DNA of 43,524 bases from Minisyncoccota bacterium (GCA_035533615.1 DATLTM010000003.1:1-43524), one strand, 5' to 3'; counted from the stretch's first letter, positions 27,923 through 36,582 are shown. A program made the numbers and translations. Notes: generated by a model not told the origin, from the letters alone.

Positions 27923-28156
27923 ATGGATAAAGAAATGAAGGAAGGGCAGTCGGGGTGCGGTCATTGTGGAATGTGCGGGCACGGCATGGGCGGGATGTGC
28001 AGCCATCATCACTGGGCGCACATCGCCATCAAGATACTCGTCGCGATCTTTATTTTCTGGTGTGGCGTTCAGTTTGGAGAACTGCGTGGATTGCTCCGGG
28101 CGGGGAATTATACCAGCGGCTCTGGCTACGGCATGATGAGCGGCTGGATCCAGTAG
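27923..28156 (+). CDS. Small Cys/His/Met-rich membrane protein (putative metal-binding)
   Basis: 'MDKEMKEGQSGCGHCGMCGHGMGGMCSHHHW' followed by the TM 'IAIKILVAIFIFWCGV'. Trimmed from track ORF 27872..28156. Confidence 0.55.
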   Translation: MDKEMKEGQSGCGHCGMCGHGMGGMCSHHHWAHIAIKILVAIFIFWCGVQFGELRGLLRAGNYTSGSGYGMMSGWIQ

Positions 28157-28188
28157 GGAGCAGCACGATTTTTTGCTTCATAGTGAAT

Positions 28189-28225
28189 AAAACGAACCCG
28201 CCCTGTTACAGGGCGGGTTCGTTTT
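28189..28225. terminator. Bidirectional intrinsic terminator
   Basis: aaaacgaacccgccctg-tta-cagggcgggttcgtttt (17-bp arms including the A/T tails), between convergent genes ending at 28156 and 28228. Confidence 0.8.
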
Positions 28226-28227
28226 AT

Positions 28228-29259
28228 TCAGGCGGATTCCATGTGCTTTTTCTCCTCAAAATTATATACGCGGATAACCGAGAGGAACACTGAAAGAACG
28301 AGCGGCCCCAGTACAAATCCGATCGGCCCAAAAAAGACGATGCCGCCGAGGATGGAAAACAGGACGAATACCGGCGATATCTCAAGCCCTTTGCTGAAGA
28401 AGTATGACGTGAGGAAGTTGTCGACGAGCGCGATGATGATACCGCCCAGAAGCGCAAGCACGAGCGCAGAAACCACATTGCCTTGCAAGTACAGATACAC
28501 GACCGCGCCGATAAGGGCAAAGGGGGTGCCGACTCCGGGAATTGCCCCGATGATAGCGCCGATACTACTCCAGAGAAGCGCGTTTGGGATGCCAAAGAGG
28601 GTGAACGCAACGCCAAGACAGACCCAGCGGATAATCGCGATGAACAGCGTTCCCCGCACCACCGAGCGTATCGTCTCGTACATTTTGGATAGAATGTCGT
28701 TCGTCGCACTGTTTCCAAACGGGCTCATTCGCGCGAACGAGGCGAGGAAACTGCGTCCGTCGCGAAGGAAGAAAAAGAGTGCGAGAAGCATGAGGAATGT
28801 GTCAAATAGCACATACAAGGTCTGATAGATAAGCGATCCGAGATTGTTTGAGATAAAGACGAGCGCGTTTCCGACATATGCGTTCAGGTCAAATACGAAT
28901 CCGGGGAACAACTGTCGGAGCGGACCCTCTATCGCCGTTTGGACCGTCCGCACATACTGCGCCTCGTTCCCGTGCATTCCCGTATACAGGCTTTGTGCCT
29001 CCTGGAATATCTGCGTTCCAAGAAAGAAGAGCGGCACGATGAAGAAGACGAGCATAACGCCGACCGTGAGCAGGGCAGGTATACTCTTCCATCCGCCGAA
29101 GAACCGCACGAGGTCTTCGTAGGGGGAGTGAAGAAGAACCGCAAAGACGACAGCGAGTGACAGCGCCGCAAAAAACGGTGCGAAGACGAAAAAGAGGAGA
29201 ATGGAGGCGCCCAAAAAGAGCACAAGGAGAGGGAAACTTTCAGGCCGACTTTTATCCAT
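28228..29259 (-). CDS. AI-2E family transporter (PerM/YhhT, UPF0118)
   Basis: 343 aa with ~8 TM and the typical length and topology of the family, including a conserved-looking 'GAIIGAIPGVGTPFALIGAVV' region. TACGCT-N7-ATG start context. Confidence 0.8.
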   Translation of the reverse strand: MDKSRPESFPLLVLFLGASILLFFVFAPFFAALSLAVVFAVLLHSPYEDLVRFFGGWKSIPALLTVGVMLVFFIVPLFFLGTQIFQEAQSLYTGMHGNEAQYVRTVQTAIEGPLRQLFPGFVFDLNAYVGNALVFISNNLGSLIYQTLYVLFDTFLMLLALFFFLRDGRSFLASFARMSPFGNSATNDILSKMYETIRSVVRGTLFIAIIRWVCLGVAFTLFGIPNALLWSSIGAIIGAIPGVGTPFALIGAVVYLYLQGNVVSALVLALLGGIIIALVDNFLTSYFFSKGLEISPVFVLFSILGGIVFFGPIGFVLGPLVLSVFLSVIRVYNFEEKKHMESA

Positions 29260-29297
29260 ACCGTACAGCGTAGCACGAAGACGGGTGTCCGTGCGCG

Positions 29298-29543
29298 TTA
29301 CGACCCTTTCTCCACTCTTATTTGTCTAGACGTCAACCAGTCCATTACTTTCTTTCGGTGCTGGTCAAGGGACCACAGGTTGCCGTTCTTAAAGAGAGCC
29401 GTATTCGTTTTCTTGAATTCACGCAGGAGCGCAAGCGATGCGCGGGGAAATGCCGCGGGGAGATTTTCGTTATAGAATTTCAGAAAGTCTGAAAATGGAA
29501 TCGGTTTTTCGCTCCGCAGCCGGTCTACGTCGGGCAATTTCAT
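29298..29543 (-). CDS. Hypothetical 81-aa protein
   Basis: Clean ORF with no family recognised. Confidence 0.45.
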   Translation of the reverse strand: MKLPDVDRLRSEKPIPFSDFLKFYNENLPAAFPRASLALLREFKKTNTALFKNGNLWSLDQHRKKVMDWLTSRQIRVEKGS

Positions 29544-29622
29544 TTTTTAATAATACCACGAACTATTTGATAGATCAATAATCCGTACTCGTTACATGCG
29601 AGAATATGTACGGAAAATAATG

Positions 29623-29645
29623 AACCCGCTCGAGATGAGCGGGTT
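29623..29645 (-). terminator. Hairpin immediately after the stop of the zinc-ribbon gene
   Basis: aacccgctc-gagat-gagcgggtt (9-bp stem). On the minus strand it is followed by CATTATTTTCC. Confidence 0.55.
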
Positions 29646-29819
29646 TCAAGAGGGGACTTTTCGTCCCCAGTGTGTGTTGGGAGGCCGATACGGCTCCCAG
29701 CATCTGGGGCAGAGATCATACCCCTTTGTGCCGGAGGAAACCACGTATCTCCACCCCTTCTTACTGCGTTTGTGCCGAAAATATAGAATCTTTTTTCCGC
29801 ATTCGCAGTATTTTTTCAT
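29646..29819 (-). CDS. Small zinc-ribbon-like protein (57 aa)
   Basis: Track ORF trimmed to 'MKKYCECGKK...LCPRCWEPY' (CxC...CxxC). A GGGAGGA SD lies 5 nt upstream of this ATG. Confidence 0.5.
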   Translation of the reverse strand: MKKYCECGKKILYFRHKRSKKGWRYVVSSGTKGYDLCPRCWEPYRPPNTHWGRKVPS

Positions 29820-29958
29820 TGTGATCCTCCCTGTCTTGTGAGAGATCGTGAATTTATGCCCTTCCTTTTTTAGGATACGTTGTAAAACAATCTCTGTCAA
29901 CAAGACGCAATGTAGCAACGTTGCTCCGGAATGTCCGAGCGTTGAAATGCGTGCGGCA

Positions 29959-29986
29959 AAACGTCCGGCTGAACAGCCGGACGTTT
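29959..29986 (-). terminator. Intrinsic terminator for gene 30040..30375
   Basis: aaacgtccggctg-aa-cagccggacgttt (13-bp stem). The minus-strand downstream sequence is TTTTGCC. Confidence 0.65.
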
Positions 29987-30039
29987 GTCGCATACACTTC
30001 ACGGCACGAATACCGAGAGATGCGGCTAGCTCTGTCGAA

Positions 30040-30375
30040 TTAAAGACCCTGGATGCTCTGACTGACTGAATTCTGATCTTGCGTCAAAGCGGCAGAATCA
30101 TTCGGTATCTGACTTAAGTCGGTTGCAATGTTTGCGGTCGTATTGCCGCTGGTAAGCGGCGGGAGCTGGTTTTGCTCAACTGCTGAGGTTTGTACCGCCG
30201 TTTGCTGCTGCGAACTGCTTGGCAAGAAATACCAGACAGCGACGGCAACAAGGACAAGTACGACTATCCCGAGCATGGCATAATTTTTCATTGCATGCCT
30301 GGGAGCAGATCCATAGACCGGTTGCGTCGGCGGCACACTATTTTCTGTCGGCTGATTCATTGGTTGATAATTCAT
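30040..30375 (-). CDS. Membrane-anchored Q/S/T-rich protein, unknown
   Basis: Central TM 'YAMLGIVVLVLVAVAVWYF' and low-complexity flanks. Confidence 0.5.
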   Translation of the reverse strand: MNYQPMNQPTENSVPPTQPVYGSAPRHAMKNYAMLGIVVLVLVAVAVWYFLPSSSQQQTAVQTSAVEQNQLPPLTSGNTTANIATDLSQIPNDSAALTQDQNSVSQSIQGL

Positions 30376-30396
30376 GGTAATTTCAATTATTTTTTC

Positions 30397-31248
30397 CTAC
30401 TGACCAGTCGAGGTCGATGTTGTCGACGATTCGGTTGAAGTTGCAGTTACCTGGTCGACCCCGGGGATCTGGGTAAGTGCTTGAAACGCGCCTTGCACCG
30501 CCGTGCGCACACTGGTCATCGGGCCATCACGCAGCGCAGAGAGATCGCCGAAGAGTTGTTGGCGGAGCGTCTCGAATCCCGTCCGGAATCCCTGCATGAT
30601 CTCCTGCTGGCCGGAGGACGTCGACGTCGCGATCGCAGTCGTGGTTGATGAGGAGGAGAAGTCAGGCGTGTATGTCTTTGCCGCCTGCGCCGCTACCGCC
30701 GTACGGGCGCTTGCGATGGCTGTTTGCGCCGCTTGAATGGCCGCGTTCGTTGCCGTTATATTTTTGCCGCTTGCCGAGGCAGTGTTTGCCCGATCCTGAA
30801 TCTTCTGCAAGATTGCTGCATAGCGATCAAGAAGTTGCGAGAAGTGGTCGGTCCACGCTTTGTTGATGCGATCAAACGCTCCCGACAAGTTCTCGACCAG
30901 TTGTTGCTTTACTCTGTCTTGGATAGCGGCAAGGCGCTGTTCCACCATTATATGCATTTGCATGGCACGCGCCTGGCCTGCCGCGCCCATACTCTCCATC
31001 GTAGAAGAACTCATGCCGGCGAAACCGCGTCCGGGACCGGATTGTCCGACTGCAGAAGGACGGCGTTCGTAAGAAGACCGACTGGCTGGCCGTCCTAGGG
31101 CGCCGGTGGTCGCTGCACCGGGAGATTGGTATTGTCTCCCGACATTTTGGGCGAGCCCTCTCGATCCTGCCTGTGCGAAGGCAACAGTGGTGGAAAGGGC
31201 GAGAGCCATAATGACACCGATTGCTCCGACTGTAAGATATGTACGCAT
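30397..31248 (-). CDS. Secreted helical/low-complexity protein, unknown
   Basis: Signal peptide 'MRTYLTVGAIGVIMALALSTTVAFAQ' and an A/Q/T-rich helical body. Confidence 0.55.
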   Translation of the reverse strand: MRTYLTVGAIGVIMALALSTTVAFAQAGSRGLAQNVGRQYQSPGAATTGALGRPASRSSYERRPSAVGQSGPGRGFAGMSSSTMESMGAAGQARAMQMHIMVEQRLAAIQDRVKQQLVENLSGAFDRINKAWTDHFSQLLDRYAAILQKIQDRANTASASGKNITATNAAIQAAQTAIASARTAVAAQAAKTYTPDFSSSSTTTAIATSTSSGQQEIMQGFRTGFETLRQQLFGDLSALRDGPMTSVRTAVQGAFQALTQIPGVDQVTATSTESSTTSTSTGQ

Positions 31249-31374
31249 ATTATAGTAAGCGTGAATGATGTTAATAAATCGACTCGGAGTATAGAACAGT
31301 ATTTTGCAATCGGCACGGACGTTGTGGACATTCCCAGAACCGGGTTACCATGATATTCCGATCGCTGTATAAAA

Positions 31375-31401
31375 GCGAGACACCCCACTGGAGTGTCTCG
31401 C
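31375..31401 (-). terminator. Hairpin with minus-strand U-tract in an ORF-free region
   Basis: gcgagacac-cccactgga-gtgtctcgc. The minus strand reads GCGAGACAC...GTGTCTCGCTTTTATAC. No minus-strand ORF lies upstream of it. Confidence 0.45.
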
Positions 31402-31640
31402 TCCATCCACAGAATGCCAAGAGGCTATCGCTTACCCTAGGTTGTCCAAGAATAGCGGGGCAAGGCGTACTGCAGGTCCAGGATATTTACGGTTCCTAAA
31501 ACGCCTCAAATATTATTCACCTGTAAACTGCCCCTTGAGGCTCTATAGGTGCCGTACCGAGTGGTCCATACATTACAAGCTTTCCGTATTTTTTCGGACA
31601 ACTCCTATTATTTTATGTATATCTACTTGTAAACAGATAC

Positions 31641-31682
31641 GGCCAAGGAGACCGTATCGTATGTCGTACGGTTTCCTTGGCC
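31641..31682. other. 16-bp stem hairpin (one G-U) in the ORF-free region
   Basis: ggccaaggagaccgta-tcgtatgtcg-tacggtttccttggcc. Confidence 0.6.
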
Positions 31683-31878
31683 AGTTATGCGTTCATTTGT
31701 AGCATAGCTGTTGAACCAGCTGATAATAAAAACCTGACACGAGGTGGGAACATTTTTGCACCCCATTTGAGAAGCCGTTGTTGGCATCGGTATTGTTACA
31801 CTCATTGACCTATCTTGGATACTTGCTTTTAGAATTTGTAATGACTACGGTAAATGTTCGGCCTCATGGGTACTACGT

Positions 31879-32109
31879 ATGAAAAGATATTCGCTCATAC
31901 TATCGTTATCGTTTGTCCTCCTGTTTCCAATTGCTGGTGCGTTTGCACAATCAAGCGTACAAAGTGCTTCGTTATATAACGGCCAGGGTGACGGGGTTAT
32001 TCTCGCAACGCCATCAAGTTCCGTGGTACATGAGACTTTTGGTAAAAGTGAAAGCCGTGGCAATTTTTTTAACTGGTTCACGAATCTCTTCATTCATAGT
32101 GGCGGGTAA
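31879..32109 (+). CDS. Small secreted protein (76 aa), unknown
   Basis: Signal peptide 'MKRYSLILSLSFVLLFPIAGAFAQ'. Confidence 0.45.
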   Translation: MKRYSLILSLSFVLLFPIAGAFAQSSVQSASLYNGQGDGVILATPSSSVVHETFGKSESRGNFFNWFTNLFIHSGG

Positions 32110-32308
32110 CACAATATCTAAAACTGTAAGAAAGATGTACATTCCAGTCCGGAGCAGTAGAGAATTACTCTGTTTTGTGAGAATACAAAAGAGAATCCTA
32201 GGGGAAGTCGTTCCTTAAAGGAGAATACGCCTATGACCACACCCATTAAACGTTCGCTTCCCATACATGCAATCGGAGTCACTGTAAGACTTCGGACATA
32301 AAAACAAA

Positions 32309-32339
32309 ACTGTCCCCGTGACTTTTTACCAAGGACAGT
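32309..32339 (-). terminator. Terminator of gene 32349..32726
   Basis: actgtcc-N17-ggacagt. The minus strand is followed by TTTGTTTTTATG. Confidence 0.55.
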
Positions 32340-32348
32340 CTTTCAGGT

Positions 32349-32726
32349 CTATGCCGCTTCGGGTGGAGTCGGACCGGTTTCAATATTGTTGAGTTTCTCT
32401 TTGAGTGCCGGATCGATCTGGACAGCATCTTCCCATACTCGCATAAGTATGCGGAGCAGGGGTTCGATGAGTTCCCGCTTGCGTTTATTACGAAACCGTT
32501 CGGATGCATCATAGGGTCTCAGCCATACTCTATGGGTATGTGTACCGTCCTGCAGCTCATCATCCTTCAAAGAAACGATGACCCATAGTGTATTGGTACG
32601 CGACTCAACCCATACCTGATTTACATCAAGAAGTGCCTTACCGCGCGGTCCCCGCCTTAAGGGCGGATGACCGATAGGGCGGTTTCGCCTGCTCTTATAC
32701 GCTAAGAGCGAAATTATCTTGGACAT
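32349..32726 (-). CDS. Hypothetical basic 125-aa protein
   Basis: Clean ORF with no family recognised. Repeat copy I and TTGACT-N17-TAGTTT lie upstream. Confidence 0.5.
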   Translation of the reverse strand: MSKIISLLAYKSRRNRPIGHPPLRRGPRGKALLDVNQVWVESRTNTLWVIVSLKDDELQDGTHTHRVWLRPYDASERFRNKRKRELIEPLLRILMRVWEDAVQIDPALKEKLNNIETGPTPPEAA

Positions 32727-32791
32727 GGTGGCCTCGCGGGTCGACGGTTTACAGAAACATCCGTGTAAAAACTATGCCTGGAGAGCACATA

Positions 32792-32835
32792 AGTCAAATT
32801 AGATTTGGCTCCGCCGGATTAGGAATCGTCGGACC
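32792..32835 (-). repeat. Island promoter-proximal repeat, copy I
   Basis: Plus strand: agtcaaattagatttggctccgccggattaggaatcgtcggacc. The left end is 66 nt from the ATG at 32726. Confidence 0.7.
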
Positions 32836-32848
32836 TGAGCGGGATAAA

Positions 32849-32885
32849 AGCAGAAGACCGCTTCGTGAGGAAGCGGTCTTCTGCT
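32849..32885. terminator. Strong bidirectional terminator
   Basis: agcagaagaccgcttc-gtgag-gaagcggtcttctgct (16-bp stem) with T-runs on both strands. Confidence 0.8.
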
Positions 32886-32894
32886 TTTCTTTTA

Positions 32895-33041
32895 TTAAGC
32901 CTTCTTTTCTAGCGCTGACCAAAACGCAAGAATTGCGACCAGGACGCCGATAATGACAAATCGTGTGGTATGGTCTCCACCCATATAGGCCAAGACGATT
33001 ACTGCAAGTCCAAGAAGAACGTTAATCCACTGTTTCCACAT
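32895..33041 (-). CDS. Small 2-TM membrane protein (48 aa), hand-called
   Basis: MWKQWINVLLGLAVIVLAYMGGDHTTRFVIIGVLVAILAFWSALEKKA. A terminator lies immediately downstream. Below the track cut-off. Confidence 0.5.
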   Translation of the reverse strand: MWKQWINVLLGLAVIVLAYMGGDHTTRFVIIGVLVAILAFWSALEKKA

Positions 33042-33093
33042 GGTGTAGGTATGTTATGTGATTTTAATTCAGGTTCCCGAAACTAGTATAGCA

Positions 33094-33123
33094 TTCTGAC
33101 CGCTGAATAGGGAGCATCAGAAC
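33094..33123 (-). repeat. Island repeat, diverged copy J
   Basis: Plus strand: ttctgaccgctgaatagggagcatcagaac, about 15 of 24 core positions by hand alignment. It has the same orientation and the same position relative to a minus-strand gene (53 nt from the ATG at 33041). Confidence 0.35.
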
Positions 33124-33177
33124 TTGCATTACAGTATAACCCCTTTGGGGCGGAAATTCTGACACAGTAACTAATGG

Positions 33178-33183
33178 TATACT
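33178..33183 (+). promoter_or_regulatory. -10 box TATACT (TGn-extended) 6 nt before the GST ATG
   Basis: atggTATACTccagcaATG with no SD. Confidence 0.5.
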
Positions 33184-33189
33184 CCAGCA

Positions 33190-33807
33190 ATGATTAAGTT
33201 ATATACGTGGCCTACACCAAATGGCTATAAGGTTTCCATTATGCTCGAAGAACTCAAACTTCCTTATGAAATAATCCCGGTTCATATTGGCAAGGGCGAG
33301 CAGAAAAAACCGAGCTTTTTGAAACTCAACCCCAATCATAAGATACCCGTGCTCGTCGATGGCAAGACAACCATCTTCGAATCTGGCGCGATACTCATCT
33401 ATCTCGCAGAGAAAAATGGTGCGCTTCTGCCGATGAAAGGGCCTAAACGTTATGAGACGCTTGAATGGCTTATGTTTCAGATGGCAAGTGTCGGACCCAT
33501 GTTCGGGCAGGCGAATCATTTCCGCAAGTATGCTCCAAAGAAAGTCCCTTACGCAATTGAACGCTACGACACAGAAGTCGTGCGTATATTCGGCGTACTC
33601 GAAAGTAAGCTCAAGAAAAGTAATTACCTCGCTGGCTCGTATTCCATCGCTGACATCGCAACCTGGCCGTGGGTGTGCATTCATAAAAATATGGGCATTG
33701 GGTTGAAAAGATACCCTGGGGTGCATCGTTGGCTTGAGCGTGTGAAGCGGCGCCCTGCAGTGCGGCATGCGCTAGCGAAGGTAAGCGATGCATGTGCCAA
33801 GTCTTAA
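33190..33807 (+). CDS. yfcG: Glutathione S-transferase, Nu-class (YfcG/YghU-like disulfide reductase type)
   Basis: Co-linear similarity to E. coli YfcG from memory: 'LYTWPTPNGYKVSIMLEE', 'LNPNHKIPVLVD', 'FESGAILIYLAEK', 'VPYAIERY', 'YSIADIATWPWV'. Confidence 0.85.
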   Translation: MIKLYTWPTPNGYKVSIMLEELKLPYEIIPVHIGKGEQKKPSFLKLNPNHKIPVLVDGKTTIFESGAILIYLAEKNGALLPMKGPKRYETLEWLMFQMASVGPMFGQANHFRKYAPKKVPYAIERYDTEVVRIFGVLESKLKKSNYLAGSYSIADIATWPWVCIHKNMGIGLKRYPGVHRWLERVKRRPAVRHALAKVSDACAKS

Positions 33808-33857
33808 AGACCGGATATAAGGAGGTTCGAATCAACGCGATATTATACGTTTGAATT

Positions 33858-34217
33858 ATGTGGCGATTTTTTGCATCTAACCTTTTGCTCCGTGTTGCCA
33901 TCGCCTTTGCATTCCTTTATGCGGCCATCGACTCATTGATAGAACCGAACTTGTGGGTTACTTTCTTTCCGCCCATCCTGCTTACGGTTATCCCAGGTAA
34001 TTCGCTGTTAGTAGTCTGGAGCGTTGTGGAGATTGTCATCGCTTTATGGATATTGTCAGGCAAGTACATTTTCATTCCTTCGCTTTTTGCAGCAGCGTCG
34101 CTTGTCGCCATCGTTTTCTTTAACATCCCGCTGATGCAGATTGTGTTTCGAGACCTTGCGCTTGCGTGCGTTGCCCTGTTCCTTGCACTTCAAAGTCTTT
34201 CCCCAGTATCTAGCTAG
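33858..34217 (+). CDS. 4-TM membrane protein (weakly DoxX-like)
   Basis: Four hydrophobic segments. The family call is weak. Confidence 0.5.
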   Translation: MWRFFASNLLLRVAIAFAFLYAAIDSLIEPNLWVTFFPPILLTVIPGNSLLVVWSVVEIVIALWILSGKYIFIPSLFAAASLVAIVFFNIPLMQIVFRDLALACVALFLALQSLSPVSS

Positions 34218-34282
34218 CTTGAGCTTGTGCCGAATGACGCATTTGCTATTCTATTTCATGTTATTCATCTCACGCAACCAAC

Positions 34283-34756
34283 ATGAACAAATCGGTAGTT
34301 ATGTGGACAGTGCTAGCGGTCATTGTTATTGCTGGCGGATGGTATTGGCTCTCGATGAGCCAGACTTCATCAGCGATAATTGCGCCAACACAAACGGTCG
34401 CTACCCAGCCCACTGCGGTCGTGTCGTCAACCACGCCAGTGCTAAATGTACATTCTGACCCAACGCTTGGTACCTACCTTGTTGCTGCTAACGGTATGAC
34501 GCTTTATGTAGATACGAAAGATACGAATGGCGTTAGCACTTGCACAGGTGTTTGTGCCGCGAATTGGCCCCCCTATATTGTAAATAACGAACCAACATTT
34601 ACTGGAGGAGTAGGTGTTTCGGGAGCGATCACTGTAATTAGCGATACCATGCAGCTTACCTATAAGGGTATGCCGCTTTATTTCTGGATCAAGGATACCA
34701 AGGTAGGTGATGCGACTGGAAATAAAATCGGCAATTTCGTCCTTGCCAAGCCGTAA
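34283..34756 (+). CDS. Secreted protein with two 'Yx(FWY)xxD'-type repeats (PF03640/COG4315-like)
   Basis: 'LGTYLVAANGMTLYVDTKDTNGVSTCTGVCAANWPPY' and 'MQLTYKGMPLYFWIKD'. N-terminal TM. Confidence 0.75.
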   Translation: MNKSVVMWTVLAVIVIAGGWYWLSMSQTSSAIIAPTQTVATQPTAVVSSTTPVLNVHSDPTLGTYLVAANGMTLYVDTKDTNGVSTCTGVCAANWPPYIVNNEPTFTGGVGVSGAITVISDTMQLTYKGMPLYFWIKDTKVGDATGNKIGNFVLAKP

Positions 34757-34790
34757 TTGAATACGGATTAAGCCCTGTCAGAGAAAACAA

Positions 34791-34815
34791 AGCCGCCTTT
34801 ATTAGGGAGGCGGCT
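34791..34815. terminator. Hairpin between convergent genes
   Basis: agccgcct-ttattaggg-aggcggct (8-bp stem). Confidence 0.5.
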
Positions 34816-34841
34816 GGGGCACTCTAGTAAGATTCCCCCTG

Positions 34842-35183
34842 TCAATTCATTCCTCGAGACATACCACGTTTGAGCGTCGCATGAAGTGATTTCTTTTGCA
34901 CAGACCGCTTCCAGAGATCGTAGCGCGTGATTATGTCGTTGGATTTCTCCTTGAAGACCTCGATTTTGAGGTTGAATTGTGGGATGGCGGCGATGGCTCG
35001 ACGCACATCTGCATAGCCGCGCGGACACTCCCAGAGGTCGCGTCTCTTTTTGTCAATGCACAGTTTCTCCCGATGTTCACACTCCTGATTTTGCTCACCG
35101 ATAATCTTGGCGAGGTATTCATTCGTGGCTGGATCATTATTGATCGCATACAGATACCACCTGACTACTTGTTTTATGCACAT
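34842..35183 (-). CDS. Hypothetical 113-aa protein
   Basis: A GAGGTGA SD lies 5 nt upstream of the ATG. No family recognised. Confidence 0.5.
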   Translation of the reverse strand: MCIKQVVRWYLYAINNDPATNEYLAKIIGEQNQECEHREKLCIDKKRRDLWECPRGYADVRRAIAAIPQFNLKIEVFKEKSNDIITRYDLWKRSVQKKSLHATLKRGMSRGMN

Positions 35184-35445
35184 AGTTCACCTCGCTTTTC
35201 ATATAAAGTTCATCTGTGACCGAGTTTACGCTCTTCTGCGACGTTGGGGAAGGCGTAAGTATTTTGGTTCCAGGTCATATCGTCAATATACAGAGCCTAT
35301 GCAATACGGACTTTTTATTTTCTAAAAAACAGCGATTAGATTTGAACGCATTTTGTGCTGAATCTTAAGCAACAGGAATGCGCAAAAATACGCTATCAGA
35401 AACGGCAATAAGAAAAGCAGTGGCAGTTAAGAATCTGGCAAAATG

Positions 35446-35471
35446 AAAAGACGCCGCGGGGGCGTCTTTTT
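35446..35471 (-). terminator. Terminator of the RlpA-like gene
   Basis: aaaagacgcc-gcggg-ggcgtctttt. Confidence 0.7.
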
Positions 35472-35472
35472 G

Positions 35473-35835
35473 TTACTTGCGAATTATGCTAACGGCGAGT
35501 TGCGTCACACCTTTCTCAGCGTAACCGAGTATCTTTGCCGCAGCATACGAAAGATCTAAATCCCGGCCCGTTACATAAGGACCGCGATCTTGAACAACAA
35601 CAATCAAACTCCGGCCATTCATCGGATTTTCTACAAGCAATGTAGTGCCGAGCGGAAGCGTCCGATTCGCCGCAATCGTCGGGTCGTTACTATTGAATGG
35701 TAGCCGGTTTGCCATGGGCTTGCCTTCAAGGCCAGGTCCATACCAGCTCGCAATGACTATCCTAGTGTCTGCTCTTACCGGAGTGCATAGAAAGAACAAA
35801 AGCAAAACAAATACTACTGAAATACCCTTCATCAA
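35473..35835 (-). CDS. RlpA-like double-psi beta-barrel (septal-ring lytic transglycosylase family) secreted protein
   Basis: 'IASWYGPGLEGKPMANRLPFNSNDPTIAANRTLPLGTTLLVENPMNGRSLIVVVQDRGPYVTGRDLDLSYAAA'. Confidence 0.8.
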   Translation of the reverse strand: MMKGISVVFVLLLFFLCTPVRADTRIVIASWYGPGLEGKPMANRLPFNSNDPTIAANRTLPLGTTLLVENPMNGRSLIVVVQDRGPYVTGRDLDLSYAAAKILGYAEKGVTQLAVSIIRK

Positions 35836-35961
35836 TTACTCCTAAATGGTTCCAGTAAGAGTTACTACACCTCAATAGGGGAATTTGTTACAAGATATAA
35901 AATTTGATTGGCAGGGAAGGAGAGGGCAGTGATGTAGATTGTCTTGGAGCAGATACAAAAA

Positions 35962-35985
35962 GAAACCTCGTCGGAACGAGGTTTC
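35962..35985 (-). terminator. Terminator of gene 36013..36423
   Basis: gaaacctcgt-cgga-acgaggtttc (10-bp stem). The minus strand is followed by TTTTTGTATC. Confidence 0.75.
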
Positions 35986-36012
35986 GAATTTAGCCGAGAC
36001 CGTAGTAGTGGG

Positions 36013-36423
36013 TTACTTCGCGACGAGTGTCGCGCCATCCAGCGTTTTGAGCTTCAGCAGCTGACTGGCACAGTTGTCGGCAATTGCATCCTTGATATAC
36101 GAATCCAGTTTCTGACCCGGTTCAGTGACCCACTTACCTTTTTCGATGTAAGTTGAGTCTTGCCAGGACGAATCCTGGTCTTGCTTGTAGAGTGCCTTCC
36201 ATGCGGCGACCGAGTTTGGTTGTTGCTCGAATCGTGCCATACAGACGGGCGTAGCGTAGGCTACGACTGCCGTCTGTGCCTGCTGCGCGGCTATCTGTTT
36301 TGCAGCCCCTGCACTCATCCAGCCGAAACCTGACGAGAGGACCATCCACCAGACCATGGCTCCCACCACTCCGCCCCAGAAACCGTGCTTTACCAAGGCG
36401 GGTATCTCAAAGGACTTTTTCAT
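36013..36423 (-). CDS. Membrane-anchored protein, unknown
   Basis: Track ORF 36013..36546 trimmed to 'MKKSFEIPALVKHGFWGGVVGAMVWWMVL' (GAGGAG SD upstream). The long form would read through repeat copy A. Confidence 0.55.
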   Translation of the reverse strand: MKKSFEIPALVKHGFWGGVVGAMVWWMVLSSGFGWMSAGAAKQIAAQQAQTAVVAYATPVCMARFEQQPNSVAAWKALYKQDQDSSWQDSTYIEKGKWVTEPGQKLDSYIKDAIADNCASQLLKLKTLDGATLVAK

Positions 36424-36494
36424 GCACATCTCCTCGGTTCCTAGAGGAAAGGAATTTCCTCCTAGTTTTGCTATAATACTGAGAATCACATACT

Positions 36495-36534
36495 TGTCAA
36501 TTTTTTGGTTCGCTAGATAGAAGATATTCGGATC
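36495..36534 (-). repeat. Island repeat, copy A (with abutting minus-strand TTGACA-N16-TATTAT)
   Basis: Plus strand: tgtcaattttttggttcgctagatagaagatattcggatc. Confidence 0.7.
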
Positions 36535-36582
36535 TGCTTTGCTCAAAGTGCTATACTGAACAGATGACTACAATCTATTAGG

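Noticed and set aside
31397-31410. DnaA-box-like ccATCCACA at the island border
   Set aside because: It is a single 7-of-9 match. There is no cluster of boxes, no adjacent AT-rich unwinding repeats and no dnaA/dnaN.
31641-31682. Group II intron domain V-like hairpin (GAGACCGTA...TACGGTTTC)
   Set aside because: The stem is perfect with a 10-nt loop. It has no AGC triad geometry, no 2-nt bulge and no GNRA loop. There is no GUGYG 5-prime end and no RT ORF nearby.
35900-35940. Possible further degenerate repeat copies upstream of 35473..35835 (aaatttgattggcagggaaggagagggcagtgatg) and upstream of 34842..35183 (about 35226-35262, gagtttacgctcttctgcgacgttgggg). Also a half-site, cttcgaacgtat, at 37027-37038
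   Set aside because: Only about 55-60% identity by hand alignment, with indels needed. This cannot be told apart from chance without a statistical motif scan. They are not counted among the ten copies.
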